Assembly: GCA_043228905.1 (NCBI GenBank)
Contig: JBHGNT010000026.1
Coordinates: forward strand, 248,001-312,000
Reading direction: 5' to 3'
Origin: Azolla caroliniana
Lineage: Eukaryota > Plantae > Polypodiophyta
DNA: 64,000 nucleotides
The translations under genes were made by a program, and so were the position numbers. Positions 63,951 through 64,000 of the stretch are shown here, in pieces. Below the pieces are notes generated by a model. The model was given only the letters and a program-made list of their open reading frames with translations. It did no database searches and had not been told where the DNA came from. How positions within the stretch are numbered: the first letter of the stretch is position 1; each line of letters opens with the position of its first letter.

Positions 63951-64000
63951 TTATTAAAAACCTAATCTTTAGATTATATTTACCCACCACCCCTCTCCTC

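Larger units (their letters stand above)
63109..64000. mobile_element. Non-satellite segment joined abruptly mid-monomer; candidate terminus (LTR) of a retrotransposon, open at the right window edge
   Basis: Satellite identity ends at ...GTGTGATATCGGATT(T). The new sequence can be read as beginning TGTTTGTC (LTRs have TG...CA ends). It is non-coding with short internal repeats. No second terminus, TSD, PBS, PPT or coding domain lies in the window, so it could instead be unique flank or another TE class. Confidence 0.5.

Overview
Positions 1-~63108 are one uninterrupted, single-orientation tandem satellite array of a 178-bp monomer, about 358 copies by hand count. It is eukaryotic, probably plant, and centromere/pericentromere-like, but it is not the Arabidopsis CEN178 sequence and I cannot name the species or family. 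The monomers fall into a few equal-length subtypes arranged in nested higher-order repeats (HORs) and recent multi-kb duplications. A marker-defined domain switch lies near 30.1-30.5 kb. At ~63109 the array stops mid-monomer and about 890 bp of unrelated non-coding DNA follows, possibly the terminus of an LTR retrotransposon. This segment carries twin hairpin motifs and a ~33-bp C-rich minisatellite. I see no credible protein-coding gene, RNA gene or CRISPR array, and no new gene system; the listed ORFs are artefacts of the repeat. The most interesting signals are mutational and structural: a 32-bp quasi-palindrome whose variants repeatedly restore pairing, a length-neutral templated 9-bp replacement that was later amplified, and one old 46-bp deletion shared by both domains. 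All counts and coordinates were made by eye and may be off by a few bases.
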